The translations under genes and the position numbers were made by a program. The notes beneath the pieces were generated by a model. That model saw only the letters and a list, made by a program, of their open reading frames with translations, was not told the origin of the DNA and made no database searches. 64,000 nucleotides of DNA from Podarcis pityusensis (taxonomy: Eukaryota): the NCBI GenBank assembly GCA_964106645.2, contig OZ067043.1, one strand, 5' to 3'. Below are positions 37,201 to 48,930 of the stretch, one piece after another. The stretch's first letter is position 1. Every line of letters starts with the position of its first letter.

Positions 37201-40200
37201 GGCAAGGACCTTTGGCTGTTCAAATGAATTTCTTCTCCTTCTCTTCTCCCTGACCCCCCAACCCTTCAAATCTTTTATGGGGGTTCCCTTGACCATCTAC
37301 AGCAAACTGGGGAGGTGCATGGGGGGCAAGGAGAGAGAAGTTTCAGCGCTCAAGCAGAAATTATTGCACTAGTGGGCCTATTTAGTTTTCCCCACTCACC
37401 CTGGATATCAAACTAGAACAAGACACTGCATATGGCATACTGGGGTAGTTTCACACACTGCCTAACTATTTCGTGGGTTTTAAAATCTGTCCAAATGTTA
37501 TCATAGGATTCCCACCCATGGCTTCAATGGCACATCTGTAAACACATGTTTTATCTTCACCATATCAGCTACGTTTGCTACAACTGAGAAGGGAAAAACC
37601 CAACACTTCTGAAATGTTAATGCAGGTTTCATCTTATTTCCATTAAAAAACTTAATAGCAGCTTCCCTTCTTTACGTATAAGATACATATAATATGAATA
37701 GTAGGAATACATATTAATAATACCAATACAAATCGGAGCAAACTTATCCTTCAGATTTCACACTTCCCTGAATTTTGTAATACAATTCTCAACTCAAAAC
37801 CAAACAACATACCAAAATGCACAAAAATCACTTATTTTAGGGTAAGATATTTAAAAACCAATTTTCATACTGATTTTTTTTTCAGGTTATAGACAGATTT
37901 GTGAACCAACATGCGTGAAATTGACACAAACCAGAAACAAAGCAACTCATCCGCCCTTAGATGTATCTATTGCTTCTCACTTTAAAACAAAATTTCATAT
38001 ATTAACACAATCAGTTTCCCAGCACAAAACAATTCCCTGTTGAAATAAGCAGAATTCTGTTTGTTTTCTTCACTGTCACCTCACCTGTTTTTGAATTTGT
38101 TCTGGACTGCTAAGCATTAGATGTACTATGTTGGCTTTGATGGCTATCCTGTCGGCTTCACATATTTTGTTTGGTTCATCTTCAATCTAGGAACAAAATG
38201 TTAGTTGAGCTAGTATCATAACATCTCGAGATACTTGCATTTTTGCAGCAAGTGCATTGGCTGAGTTGTAAGCTTTCAGGAAAAAGCAAACGCTACACAT
38301 TTATTCTGAAATATGTTGGGCCCAATCAGACAGACAATAGACCACAACCAGTTGCATCACAACAGCTCAGCTGTAAACACTACATACTGGCATGTGGATG
38401 CATCAGGCGAGATGGGTGGAATTTGCTGACACCAGGAAGCAGAGTTCCATTTTGTGCTCTGTTTCCACTTCCATCTGAAATAAACTGGTCACTGCATCAG
38501 TGTTCTCCATCATCAAACTAAACAGCAACTGCAGGGGTTGCCATGGTGCAGCATCCACTGCCGGCTTATAGCCTCCCCACTCCACCCCCGCTGCTTCAGT
38601 TATCATCTTCACAGGTTCAAATGCTCCATGAGAAAGGAGCTACCTTCCCAATTCCTGTTTCTGTGCCAATAACTGCAGCTGTAAAAATGATACTTCTCCA
38701 AAGTTATGATTTAACTATTTATATGATGTTATTTTTCAACGTTTTAAACCCATTGCTGAGAAAGCACCTGAAGAGTAACCGAGTACAATCCCTTAAAGCA
38801 GATTCTGGAACATCCTCAAAATAATAAATATTAACCTCAAAGTGGACCATTTGATTCAGTTATGATTAAGTGTCCTAATTTCCTGTTGCAATGAATTAGT
38901 ATCAATAGTTGGAAGATCTGAAGCAGATACAGTTCAAAGTTATAAAAATTAAAACACCAATTCTAATGAAAGTAACCAAATCAGAAAAGTTATAAAAATT
39001 AAAACACCAATTCTAATGAAAGTAACCAAATCAGAAAAGGGTAACATGGTAGGAAGTATAATAAATTCATTCAACAGTTCACCAGTGAGAACTATTTCTC
39101 ATCTATCAAGATCACTGTACTGTCTCAAAAATCCTGACTGTGAGAGAGAAAAAATTCTTCTTTTTCTTTCCTCTACTTCTCATTTTTCTTTCCACATCTC
39201 ATTTGCAGAAGATAGTAACAACAAGGCATTTGTAATGTTTTCTGCAAAAGCCAAGTTCAAGCACCATCATCCGTACCTTTCTCAAGTTATTTGTAGGTGC
39301 CACAGAACTTGGGGAAGGGAGGAGACAATGAAGGACACCAATAAAGGATTGGCTAGTAAAGCAAGTCCAAATGTGTGGATCCTTGCAACTAGCAAAGCAA
39401 CCAAGGAAACTATTAACCTGGGATTTCAGATACAAAATCACTATTACCTTCAGTAAATAAGTGTACTAATAGTATGTTGTTCTGGAAGAATAGATACCTG
39501 TTTCTAAAGGCAGCCTTATGGGTAAAAGGTAAAGGTACCCCTGACCATTAGGTCCAGTCGCGGATGACTTTGGGGTTGTGGCGCTCATCTTGCTCTATAG
39601 GCCGAGGGAGCTGGCATACAGCTTCCGGGTCATGTGGCCAGCATGACTAAGCCGCTTCTGGCGAACCAGAGCAGCGCATGGAAACACCGTTTACCTTCCC
39701 ACTGGAGCGGTACCCATTTATCTACTTGCACTTGACGTGCTTTCGAACTGCTAGGTGGGCAGGAGCTGGGACCGAACAACTGGAGCTCACCCCGTCGTGG
39801 GGATTCGAACCACCAACCTTCTGATCAGCAAGCCCTAGGCTCTGTGGTTTAGACCACAGCACCACCCACGTCCCTGGTATTCCCTTCAGTAGCTTACCAT
39901 AATACCAAATCTGATGTCTATAATCATCCTGCAACATCTTAGTTCACAAGTGTTCCCATTACTTTATTCATAACCACTTACTTTACAAGGAAACACACTA
40001 TCATAGTACAATTGTAATAAATAAAATACCTACAATTCTCCAGTTCCTTTTAATGTAATTCTTGAATGTGACAGAGGCACAGACTTTGATGACATTATCT
40101 TGGGACTTCTCCAGTAGAGTTAAAAGTAGCAGTGGGTAATTCTGGTTTCCTTCAACCGACTCAAGGAATTTTTCCGCTATAAAACATTTAAATATAATGA

Positions 40201-42089
40201 ATTTAGCAAAAAGGTTAGCTATTCCACAGTCTAAACTCCAAACATTTAACACCATTTAATACAATACCAAGTTGGTGTTTAGAATGATACAGTGAAGAAA
40301 TGGCTATTAATGGATGGTATCCTACTAAGCCACACTTAGGGTAGATCCACTGAAATCAATTTACTTTATTCACAACCAACTTGTTCAACACCGCTACTGT
40401 TACTTGACCTACACAGAGTATGACTTAGTTGGATATCACCTAATATTTCTATGACAGTACTTGCAACCCCACAATTATTAAACAGCTGCAATATGGCAAC
40501 TGCAAATCATTTTTGATGCAGATCAGGAAGCTGCTCTTAAATTCTGTATCTTCACAATTTCTGAAAAGGTAGCCCAGTTTGGACTGTCATCTTAACCTAA
40601 ATGTTATGACCGTGAATAACAAAGAGACAAAAAATATTAAGCCTCTCCTCTTCATTTTACTGAAAAACTTTGACTCATATAGTATTTTGAAAGTTTTCCA
40701 GAAATGCAGAATGCACAGCAAGAATTAGTACTGGAAGACCCAATTTAACTGATGGGAAGTAATTTAATGAAATAGTTCCGTATTTTGTAAAATTTAACAG
40801 TTGAACACCAATATTATACATATTTACTTATTTATATTTTGCAGTGTTAATGAACTGTTTCGGATTCAAAGAACCACATAACTAGTTCCACACAGCCAAC
40901 AGATGTTTAGACTTAATGTTTCTTGTACAGAAGCTCTCCATGCTGCATGACAAGCCTGTTGTGAGAGCAGTTTCATAAGCTGTGTGAGATTTGGCCTGAT
41001 CTGCTGTTAAAAGCGGGAGGGGGGAGTCAACAATTCCACTAGGCAAAAACAGCACCTCCAGTAGTGACTCTTTCTAAGAGGTCAGCACCGTGTGGACCTG
41101 ACCTTCAATGCAATTCAACAGATATTTATTCAGAAGCAAATCCCAGTATATTCAATGAGGCTTACTCAAATATAAGCATGCAGAGATCACTAATTTATCT
41201 GAACAGCTAATAAATAGAGATGTGCAAAATACACATTTGCCCCTCCTCTAGTCTTTTTGAAATTAGTTTGGTTTTTCTTGAGATTTCCACAGTTACTTTG
41301 CCTAAGCAGGACCCCCTGAATTCACATTTACTATCCTGAGTGAGACTGTGGGTACAATCAAGATAAGTAAGGCATGCCTAATGAAGCTGAAGGGACATGA
41401 AGTGCTTAAACAGTTCACTTCAACTTCAAATCTGATTTCAGATTTCAATGCAACCTACTCTCTTTGCATCATGCCCAATCACCTCAAAGGCAGATTTCAG
41501 AATGGAACCATGGACAGTTAATATGACTCAGAAAGTATTCACTGATCAGTCATGCAGTTTTGACCGCAGGAAGATTAAAGACAACTTGCATTTAATAATC
41601 AGTAACGTGACTGCAATTCAAAAAGCATACAGATGGACCTTCTAAAGGTTTTTTTAAAAGAATGTATGTCCAACTGTCACATGAGGTTTCCAGGGGTCAG
41701 CCATCCCACCCACACAACTGATCTGCATTTAAAGTGACAGAAAGTAAAAAGAGGTCTCATTTTGACAAATACTGATTTCAGTCAGCCTGCTCCTTCAGAT
41801 AAGAACATATTGAAAAAAATCAAGCAGTTTTCTTTTTCATTAATGAATGTTGTTCCAACAGTTTGAAAAACCATGTTCTGGGCCGTTACCATTGATTCTG
41901 AAAAACCCAGAAAATGACTAAACAGATCTTATAATGTTTTGGGTCAAACTATCACTAGACACCATTCAATGGAGGCTCAAATTTCATATTTTTAAACTGT
42001 TTACCAGGACGCCTTATGGCAGGATCAGGATCAAGTGTCTTCTTTAAGTATTCTGTCAAAGTCTGCAAATTGGCATCACTCAGTTCCAT
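19172..42089 (-). CDS. CSE1L: Exportin-2 (CAS), whole spliced CDS: 24 coding exons, 2916 nt, 971 aa
   Basis: Exons joined by hand at GT-AG sites give one open frame from MELSDANLQTLTEYLKKTLDPDPAIRRP to LQAASVTLL*, matching recalled vertebrate CSE1L. Confidence 0.98.
20080..20311 (-). CDS. CSE1L: CSE1L exon 24
   Basis: TPLLQALIGLFELPEDD...LSTACPGR; 232 nt. Confidence 0.97.
21627..21773 (-). CDS. CSE1L: CSE1L exon 23
   Basis: MFGMVLEKIIIPEIQKVSG...MMDTEYTKL; 147 nt. Confidence 0.97.
22510..22935 (+). mobile_element. Older MIR/CORE-like SINE, split by the young SINE
   Basis: GGTTCAAATCCCCA...GCTCACTGGG | TGGCCTTGGGCCA...CAGCCTAACCTACTTCACAGGGTTGTTGTGAG reads continuously once the insert is removed. 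Confidence 0.75.
22600..22850 (+). mobile_element. Young tRNA-derived SINE (Squam3-like) with (CTT)n tail
   Basis: A box TGGTGTAGTGG, B box GGTTCGCGTCT; near-identical copy at 42324; CTGGG flanking repeats. Confidence 0.9.
23008..23089 (-). CDS. CSE1L: CSE1L exon 22
   Basis: FLVFINLYCVRYGAIALQEIFDSIQP; 82 nt. Confidence 0.96.
23402..23563. mobile_element. Tigger/pogo-like MITE
   Basis: TIRs CAGTGGTACCTT...AAGGTACCACTG with TA on both sides. Confidence 0.85.
23684..23769 (-). CDS. CSE1L: CSE1L exon 21
   Basis: ESIDQYRKQIFILLFQRLQNSKTTKFIK; 86 nt. Confidence 0.96.
23938..24035 (-). CDS. CSE1L: CSE1L exon 20
   Basis: PGLLGVFQKLIASKLNDHQGFYLLNSIIEHMP; 98 nt. Confidence 0.96.
25164..25197. repeat. 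(AC)n microsatellite
   Basis: Direct reading; 40 nt from the CSE1L exon 19 donor. Confidence 0.9.
25237..25445 (-). CDS. CSE1L: CSE1L exon 19
   Basis: EFIPYVFQVMSLLLE...AAADKI; 209 nt. Confidence 0.97.
25859..26009 (-). CDS. CSE1L: CSE1L exon 18
   Basis: NPSKPHFNHYMFESICLSIRITCK...ILQNDVQ; 151 nt. Confidence 0.96.
26938..27035 (-). CDS. CSE1L: CSE1L exon 17
   Basis: AIMRSFSLLQEAIIPYIPSLITQLTQKLLAVSK; 98 nt. Confidence 0.96.
27283..27386 (-). CDS. CSE1L: CSE1L exon 16
   Basis: ITAAEMAPYTEMLLTNLFKALTLPGSSENEYIMK; 104 nt. Confidence 0.96.
27763..27899 (-). CDS. CSE1L: CSE1L exon 15
   Basis: VPKEQLLVSIPLLINHLQAESIVVHTYAAHALERLF...; 137 nt. Confidence 0.96.
28905..28966 (-). CDS. CSE1L: CSE1L exon 14
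   Basis: NEFPVLKADGIKYIMIFRNQ; 62 nt. Confidence 0.96.
29866..29950 (-). CDS. CSE1L: CSE1L exon 13
   Basis: HGITQANELVNLTEFFVNHILPDLKSPN; 85 nt. Confidence 0.96.
30928..31130 (-). CDS. CSE1L: CSE1L exon 12
   Basis: DIDTRRRAACDLVRGLCK...SKAQTQK; 203 nt. Confidence 0.97.
32194..32259 (-). CDS. CSE1L: CSE1L exon 11
   Basis: AADEEAFEDNSEEYIRRDLEGS; 66 nt. Confidence 0.96.
33488..33617 (-). CDS. CSE1L: CSE1L exon 10
   Basis: LVSNAIQFLASVCERPHYK...VPNMEFR; 130 nt. Confidence 0.96.
33710..33877 (-). CDS. CSE1L: CSE1L exon 9
   Basis: DEEEAGLLELLKSQICDNAALYAQKY...QEVKYDL; 168 nt. Confidence 0.96.
34715..34807 (-). CDS. CSE1L: CSE1L exon 8
   Basis: DLPEFFEDNMETWMMNFHNLLTLDNKLLQTD; 93 nt. Confidence 0.96.
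35747..35854 (-). CDS. CSE1L: CSE1L exon 7
   Basis: ATIELCSTHAND...FYSLNFQ; 108 nt. Confidence 0.96.
36402..36492 (-). CDS. CSE1L: CSE1L exon 6
   Basis: YRHEFKSNELWTEIKLVLDAFALPLTNLFK; 91 nt. Confidence 0.96.
36664..36809 (-). CDS. CSE1L: CSE1L exon 5
   Basis: LSDAISIIGREDFPQKW...HSLFK; 146 nt. Confidence 0.96.
38085..38186 (-). CDS. CSE1L: CSE1L exon 4
   Basis: IEDEPNKICEADRIAIKANIVHLMLSSPEQIQKQ; 102 nt. Confidence 0.96.
38936..39039. repeat. Exact 50-bp tandem duplication
   Basis: AAAGTTATAAAAATTAAAACACCAATTCTAATGAAAGTAACCAAATCAGA twice, plus AAAG. Confidence 0.95.
39521..39874 (-). mobile_element. Full-length Sauria SINE (Squam1)
   Basis: Minus strand starts GGGACGTGGGTGGTGCTGTGGTCTAAACCACAGAGCC, has B box GGTTCGAATCC and ends in (ACCTTT)n. 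Confidence 0.93.
40034..40176 (-). CDS. CSE1L: CSE1L exon 3
   Basis: AEKFLESVEGNQNYPLL...KNYIKRNWRI; 143 nt. Confidence 0.97.
42005..42089 (-). CDS. CSE1L: CSE1L exon 2, coding part (exon starts at 42100; 11 nt UTR)
   Basis: MELSDANLQTLTEYLKKTLDPDPAIRRP; ttttag acceptor, G|gtaa donor; 85 nt. Confidence 0.97.
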
Positions 42090-42323
42090 AACTGCAGAAC
42101 CTAAAAATTTAACAAAAATTTCTATAAAAATCAGAAACAAGAACAAGAGTCATAAGCAAAGTTTCTGTATATTGCTACATGTTTTTGAACCACCTGTTAT
42201 ACTTGTTTCCATTGCCTTCTGAAAAATCTCTCTGGAAAGTCAAGGAACCCTTGGGAACAACCACTAGAAGAAAAAACCCTACAGGCATGTATGAAAACCT
42301 CTAGGTGCACACATGCAGTTCGA

Positions 42324-42572
42324 GAGCCAGTGTGGAGTAGTGGTTAAGAGCAGTAGACTTGTAATCTGGTGAACCAGGTTCGCTTCACCACTCCTCCACA
42401 TGCAGCTGCTGGGTGACCTTGGGCCAGTCACACTTCTTTGAAGTCTCTCAGCCCCACTTACCTCACAAAGTGTTTGTTGTGGGGGAGGAAGGGAAAGGAG
42501 AATGTTAGCTGCTTTGAGACTCCTTAGGGTAATGATAAAGCGGGATATCAAATCCAAACTCCTCCTCTTCTT
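42324..42572 (+). mobile_element. Squam3-like tRNA SINE, second copy
   Basis: Near-identical to 22600-22850. Confidence 0.9.
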
Positions 42573-43182
42573 TAGTTTTAGATAAGTTACATACAACATA
42601 CTTGACCATCACACAAAATCAGGAACCAAAGTGATCATTCACACACATGTACACACAGACAATTATTGACAACTGATTATAATACTGAGAGGCTTCTGGA
42701 AACAACAAGAATTTCCTCTCCTGCGCAACTGGGCAAGAGAAAGGTCACTATACTCTCATTCCTCTTCTGAAACTGACAGCCCCAGTTGGAACACTGAACT
42801 CTCCTCCTGAATTCTAGGCTGATCACTGATCTACTGAGAGCCATGGGACCAAGGATAAACAGTTGAGCAAAGAGGAGGGCACATCATGTGTGAATGTATG
42901 GATCTGATGGATAATGCAAGAAATTATAAACATGGCTAATTCAATACATGGCCTGTTAGAGGCATGAGGCGGTTAATAAGGCAACAAAGGGTGACCCTCC
43001 AGCTTCTCTTCCACAGATCACGCTTCTTGGTTTACTGACAAGCTTGAACACTAGTGGTAAAAAACATAGAATTTTCCGTATGGTGCAGGGGCTGTTAGAC
43101 TCCACTCACTGTAACAGTTAAATTTTGCTGAAAAAGCTACTAAGGTACTGTCCAACTGGTCATAATTAGATACTGCCTATAG

Positions 43183-43361
43183 TAAGTAAAGGTAAAGGGA
43201 CCCTTGACCATTAGTTCCAGTCGTTACTGACTCTGGGGTTGCGGCGCTCATCTTGCTTTACTGACCGAGGGAGCCGGCGTACAGCTTCCGGGTCATGTGG
43301 CCAGCATGACTAAGCCGCTTCTGGCAAACCAGAGCAGCACATGGAAATACCGTTTACCTTT
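43183..43361 (-). mobile_element. 5'-truncated Sauria SINE
   Basis: Matches the 3' half of 39521-39874; CCTATAG direct repeats at 43176 and 43362. Confidence 0.9.
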
Positions 43362-44099
43362 CCTATAGAGGAAGTGTCAAAAGCATCCACTTGTTGCAGT
43401 TGCATGGCTCACGTTTGACCTAGTTTCCACACAGGTTGTTTGATACTGTGAAGGCCATGATGTGTGTTTTCACCCCAGACCCACCATGACAGATGAAAAC
43501 TTCTAGCTACAATTACAAACATTTTCCTGGAGAAGGTCCACCCACTGTTTAAGAAACCATTGTTGTATGAGGAGGATCCAGCCGCTGTTAACCCAGTTTC
43601 ACTGCTACAAAATGCTACTGCACATCTCCTAAATAATACTGAGAGATATAAACATATTCTATTTCATACCATTTACCGGTATGTCGATTACCTGTGCTGT
43701 GAGTTCAGGAAGTGGCCATTATTTTTTCTCAGCTCCTAGTTTGCAATGTGGAAATAATATGCCATGCAAAATTACCACAAACGTTTATGGAAATCCTTTG
43801 AAATGTAACGTTCCATGCAAGCACCTAAGAATCACCTCTGAACACGTGCAGAGTGGCTTTCCCTCGCCACTGAACACCCGCAAGTCTCTTCCAAGTCAGG
43901 TTAGGAAACACCCTATTTCCGCATAAGCCTAGACCCATCACATCTTTCTGGAGCTACTAGCAGCGTAGTCACTGACATGCATGCTTACTCTTAAGTCAGC
44001 CCAGCTCTATTCAGTGGGGCTCATGCCCAGGAAAAGTACGCACAGGATTGCAGCCTAAGCCTTGCTTTGCACCCGCTCATTACACCCAGGGAACCAGGA

Positions 44100-44975
44100 G
44101 CTACAAATCCCGCTCCCTCCGCAGCATGTGGCAGTCCCGTGGCCTCCGGGCTGAGTCCGCGAGGAGAGAGGCTTGGCCTTAATACTACGAAGGGGGAAAT
44201 CGCAACGGAGAGACAGTGATTGAAAGTATATTCGGATCACACCACCTCGTTATTTCGCCCACCGGAGTGGCAGCTGCGGTGGCCAATCAACAGGGCGCTT
44301 TCGTCACGAGCTAGGCTCAAGGACCAACGGGGGGCGCGCGCAGCCCCGAAGGGGCGGGCCGAGGCAGACGCAGCATGCTCAGGTGCGCCCCCTCCCTCGG
44401 CTGGGCCCACAAGCCGAGAGCCACCCGAGGGCCGGGGAAGGCGGACCGCGGCCGCCTCCCTTCGGGGCTCCGCCGTCTCCCCCCCTGCCCGACTCAGGGC
44501 TCCGGACCCCCCCCCGCTCAGGCGCCCGGCCTCACCTGACGGACCCCTTGAGAGACCACGACTAGCAGCGACGGCGGCGACAGCAACTCCTCCGCTTCAC
44601 ATTCAAACCTCGGCGAGAGGGCGCGGCGGCGACGTAGTGACCGAATTACGCAGGGCGCCGAGCGGCCTCTTCCCCTCTCCCCCCCGCCGAGCACCAATCA
44701 GCGGCCGCCTTCTCGAAAGGCCCCAGCCAATCCCGAGCGCGAGCCTGCCCAGTCCGGGCGGGCCAATGGGCTTCGCCCTGCTCAGCGGTTTCCCACAAGG
44801 CAACGCGGCTTGGCTCAAGCCTGGCCCGGGAGGGTGAGAGCAGAAGGGCGGCGGCGCGCCCGGAAGCTGGATGACGGCGCTGCTGCTGTCCTTTGGCTTC
44901 GTTCTGCTGGTGCGCATCGGTCCACCCAGGCTAACCCAGGGGTGGGTGGAAGGCAGAGCGGGACGTACGGGGACA
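44100..44975 (-). promoter_or_regulatory. CSE1L: CSE1L CpG-island promoter with three CCAAT boxes and a CHR element
   Basis: GC/CpG-rich; CCAAT at 44694, 44727 and 44763; minus-strand TTTGAA at 44602-44607. Confidence 0.85.
44536..44630 (-). other. CSE1L: CSE1L non-coding exon 1 (start approximate)
   Basis: Inside the CpG island; strong CAG|GTGAGG donor at 44535; nearest promoter upstream of the ATG exon. Confidence 0.8.
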
Positions 44976-45131
44976 CCTTGGAAAGGTTTATGATGATGTC
45001 GTCATCACATTTTGAACTTCTGCCCCTGCTCTGTACATGAATAGGGAAGCTTTTAAATGTTTTTATATATAAAACCCAGTCAGGTGGTCGGAGTACAAAT
45101 AAACTAATATTATTATTTGTGTACCTTCGGC

Positions 45132-45521
45132 CAGGGTTGCCACCTGTCCTGTATAATACAGGATTGTCTCGCATTTCAGTATAAAAAGCGACGTCCTGTA
45201 TTGATACAGTTTTGTCCTATATTTCAGGTCTTCTCTCTGCCAAGTTAGGGATCATCTCGCAACTGCATGTGTTTGAAAGGATGTGTGAAAAAGGTCATGT
45301 ATTTAAGCTCTGCGTAGCCAAGCACAGACAGATTTACAAGTTCATGTATGTGCGGGGGTGGGGGTGGGTTATGTGTGTGACAGATTCCAGCTTCCTGTTA
45401 GGCTGCAATAGATGGTAATGGATTGCTTTGAAGTCACTTCAGTACCAGATCTTTTTTTTTAAAAAAAAAATGCCCTCAACCGCCCTCCCTGTACGTTGCC
45501 AGAATAAAGTTGGCAACTCTG
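45132..45521. mobile_element. Possible hAT (Blackjack-like) non-autonomous element
   Basis: CAGGGTTGCCA ... TGGCAACTCTG ends; repeated GTCCTGTAT subterminal motifs; target duplication only partial. Confidence 0.45.
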
Positions 45522-47179
45522 CTTCAGACACACACATAATAGGAGCTTTTGAACGTGGATGAGGAAAGGAGATAAGTGGGAGGCTGTCGTGGGAGCGCAC
45601 ACGATTGACCATGACATCTAGCTCGTGTTTCCATCTGTGCTAGAAAAGCTTTGGTGTCTGTGTATCACTGCTGCCAGCTGCTGAGCGTAACTGGTATAGC
45701 ACCTTCCACCCTTTCCATAGGGACCCCTCCATTCAATCCATTCAATGCACATGATTTCTGCTCATGATGCTATTGCGGCAGTTATATGCAATCCCACTTT
45801 CAATACTTCTTGTGCCAGCAGAAGTTTTGGGGTAGTCATACTGCTTCGTTTCTAGTCCCTGCATATCCTGCTGAAATAATGTAACTTCATACTGTAAATG
45901 TGTTGCGTTTTTTATTTTATTTTTTTGGTCCCACGTTAGTTGCCCTGGAGCCCCTCTGGACAGCAGTAATGTGGTAGTATTGGGGAAGCATCACAGAGTA
46001 ACTAATAAAGCAGAATAAATCCACCACTAAGGCATTATTATCATTATTAGCAGTATACACCTGCAGGAAAACACCAGACCAGGATGGGCTTTTCTTTACA
46101 ATGAAGCTTTCAGAAAGCTGCAATAAAGCTTTCAGAAATAGGACAATTGTACACCAATTGCTGGCCCTGGGTGGCTACTGGGTACTAGCAAAGCAAAATA
46201 TTCACTATGCTTATATTCCATTCTCTTGGAAAGCTCTGAGTGCTTTATATGGATGGGGCAACCAGGGTTCTGACCAGATACTGCTCATGTGCACAAACAG
46301 CAGCTTAACTTCAACAATGCTGCAGGCGTCACATGGTCACTTTGCAGTGCTGTAGTCAGCAGACACTTTGAAAACAGGACTGAAATATTTAACTTCCGGC
46401 TACCTGCTGCACGTTGCTCCAAATTTTATACATACAAAAAGGGCACATGAACATGACATGTAGTTGCATGCAACTATTGGCCCTGGTTTATATTTATTTA
46501 TTCATTCATTCATTTGATATATATATATATATATATTTAAAAACTACAGCAGCAGAGGTTGCAATCTTCCTTGGAAGAGCAGCAGCAGGGGACTGAATGG
46601 TTCTGAAAATCACAACTACTTTTTCTCTTGAAAAGGAAAAAGATGGTAGAACTGGTGCACTTTTGTCCATGGGCAAAACAGTTTACAATAAAATTATGTA
46701 AACGTAATTGTACATGTTTATACCAGGGGTATCCCTTTACAGCAGGTGTAACCAATGTGGGGTCTTCCAGATGTTGTTGAACTCCAACTCCCACCAGCCC
46801 CAGCCACCACTGGGGACATTAGGGGAGTCTGACACACTGCAAGGTGCTGGATAAGTAGATCCTTGTGTTGCAACTACTGACACCACACATAGGGAAGATC
46901 CTTGAATAGAAATCATTGCTATGAACGTATCATTCTTGACTGGATTGGGTGACGCATAGCAAGTTGTTCCATCGATCTGACGGTATTGATACACACTTTG
47001 GCTGGTTCCAGACAAGGTGTTTATTGTGGAATGAGTGGGTCTCATTCACTCAAAATTTTACAAGGGGAAGTGGACCAGACGGTATCAGGCATGTTATACC
47101 TCTGTTTTCCTCTATGGTATCACCCCATCCGACTGGATACAAATAGTTGATGTAAGCTTGAAATCATTACATTTGAAAA

Positions 47180-48868
47180 AGAAAGTTCATTTTTAAACTT
47201 TTATTTACCACCTGATTAAAGCATGGAATACAACAGTATTATACATAATATTTTTATGTAAAAAACTTTACATAGCTTTTCATAATTATATAATTATTCT
47301 GCTATTCTCTCAAAAATGTATACATCCATCGGGCAAGGAATGCTTTTCATTAACTTAATGATATTAAATGCACTTCATAATAGAAGATCTCTTAAGAAAA
47401 AAAGTAGCTTGTAACTAATTTTAGGCATTTATATAGGTAAAACATTTTGCACAAAGTATATTTTATTTAAAGTTGCAAAGAGATATTCTGGACAAAATGT
47501 CAAGACATTTAGGAACTGCACCTCTCACAAATTGTTTCAAGCCAAAGATCATATCATCTGATTAAATGTTAAAATAAAATTTGGGGGCAAATTTCACTGG
47601 CCATTTTACACTGGCTTACGTTATCTTCAAACACGATTGTGCTAGTGGTAAGCAAACTATCCTTATAAAATGCAACACACAAAGATTTAAGCAAACTTTA
47701 TTCCATCAATTTTGCTCAAAAAATAAACCAGCTTGTGTGCAAATATGCAGGCTTAAGACATTTGAGCCTCAGTTTGAATTTATACTACAGACCTTTAACA
47801 TACAGGAGCTGTACTGGACTTTTGTTCTATCTCTGGTTTAGAATTTAAATAAATAAACTTAACTTTCAGAAATGGGTGCAAAAATAATAATAATAAAGCT
47901 CCATAAGACAACCCTCGAACCCTTCAGGACATCTGTCTATGTTAACCGTTTTTCCTCACCTGTTTACTGTAGAGTGCGTCTTCCAAATATTGACTACATG
48001 TAGATTTGTACATCTTGTCAGACTGTATTCTACACATTTTACTGTGGCATAACTTACTTTCATCAGTTTAAATGTCTCCAATTGTAAGAGTGCTCTGTGG
48101 GCTACTGTAGATACAATGCTGGACAGCCACAGTTTAAAAAGAATATGAGCAGGCTTTGTGTGTTCTTATCTCCCTTCTCCAGTTCCTATTCCTGCTGCCC
48201 CATTTCCCAATTCATAGTTTAACAATGTGTCTGCATCAGGAATAACCAGGGTTAATGCTAACCAGAGCTTACATCTTAAAACTGTTTGAGAAGCAGGTCT
48301 GCAACCTCTGGTTTAAGAGGAAACCTGATGACTGTTAACCACGAATGCAGACAGTATAGTGGTAAAGCTAAACCATGGTTAATGCTGATAAGGACAGAGG
48401 GTAGGAATTCATACTAGAAATGGGAGGAAGGGGCCTGTGTTTTGCATGTGTCCATGGGTCACTCCTGATCTCTAAGTTATGGTTAACAGATGGGCAGAAA
48501 TATGTACATAGGACCTTACACAAACCTCTAATCCTACATTGGATCCAAGACACAGAATTCTGCTGCTGACCTGTACCAGCTGAATCAAATTTCATGTGGA
48601 TCGAAGGAAGTCTATAGGAGGTACTGTGTTTAGTCTGCAGAATCTGCTCCATGACCTGCACTCAAATGAATTGCTGTGAAAGCAGCCAGAGAGAATTCCT
48701 ATCACTGTTACGATTGTCTGTGGAGTTTGGTGCTGACAAAATGGAAAGGTACACTGAAGCCCATAGCCACTGCAAGAACACATCCAGACATTACATGTAC
48801 GATATCAATCTCCACAGATCTAGTACACACACACTTTCAGGAACATCTGGAGTAAGGCTATTATGGAG

Positions 48869-48930
<62 letters not shown>

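Noticed and set aside
39790-39874. tRNA-like A/B boxes (also at 1731, 22600 and 42324)
   Set aside because: These are SINE heads with family bodies and tails, not cloverleaf tRNA genes.
44220-45174. 205-aa and neighbouring ORFs
   Set aside because: CpG-island artefacts over the CSE1L promoter.
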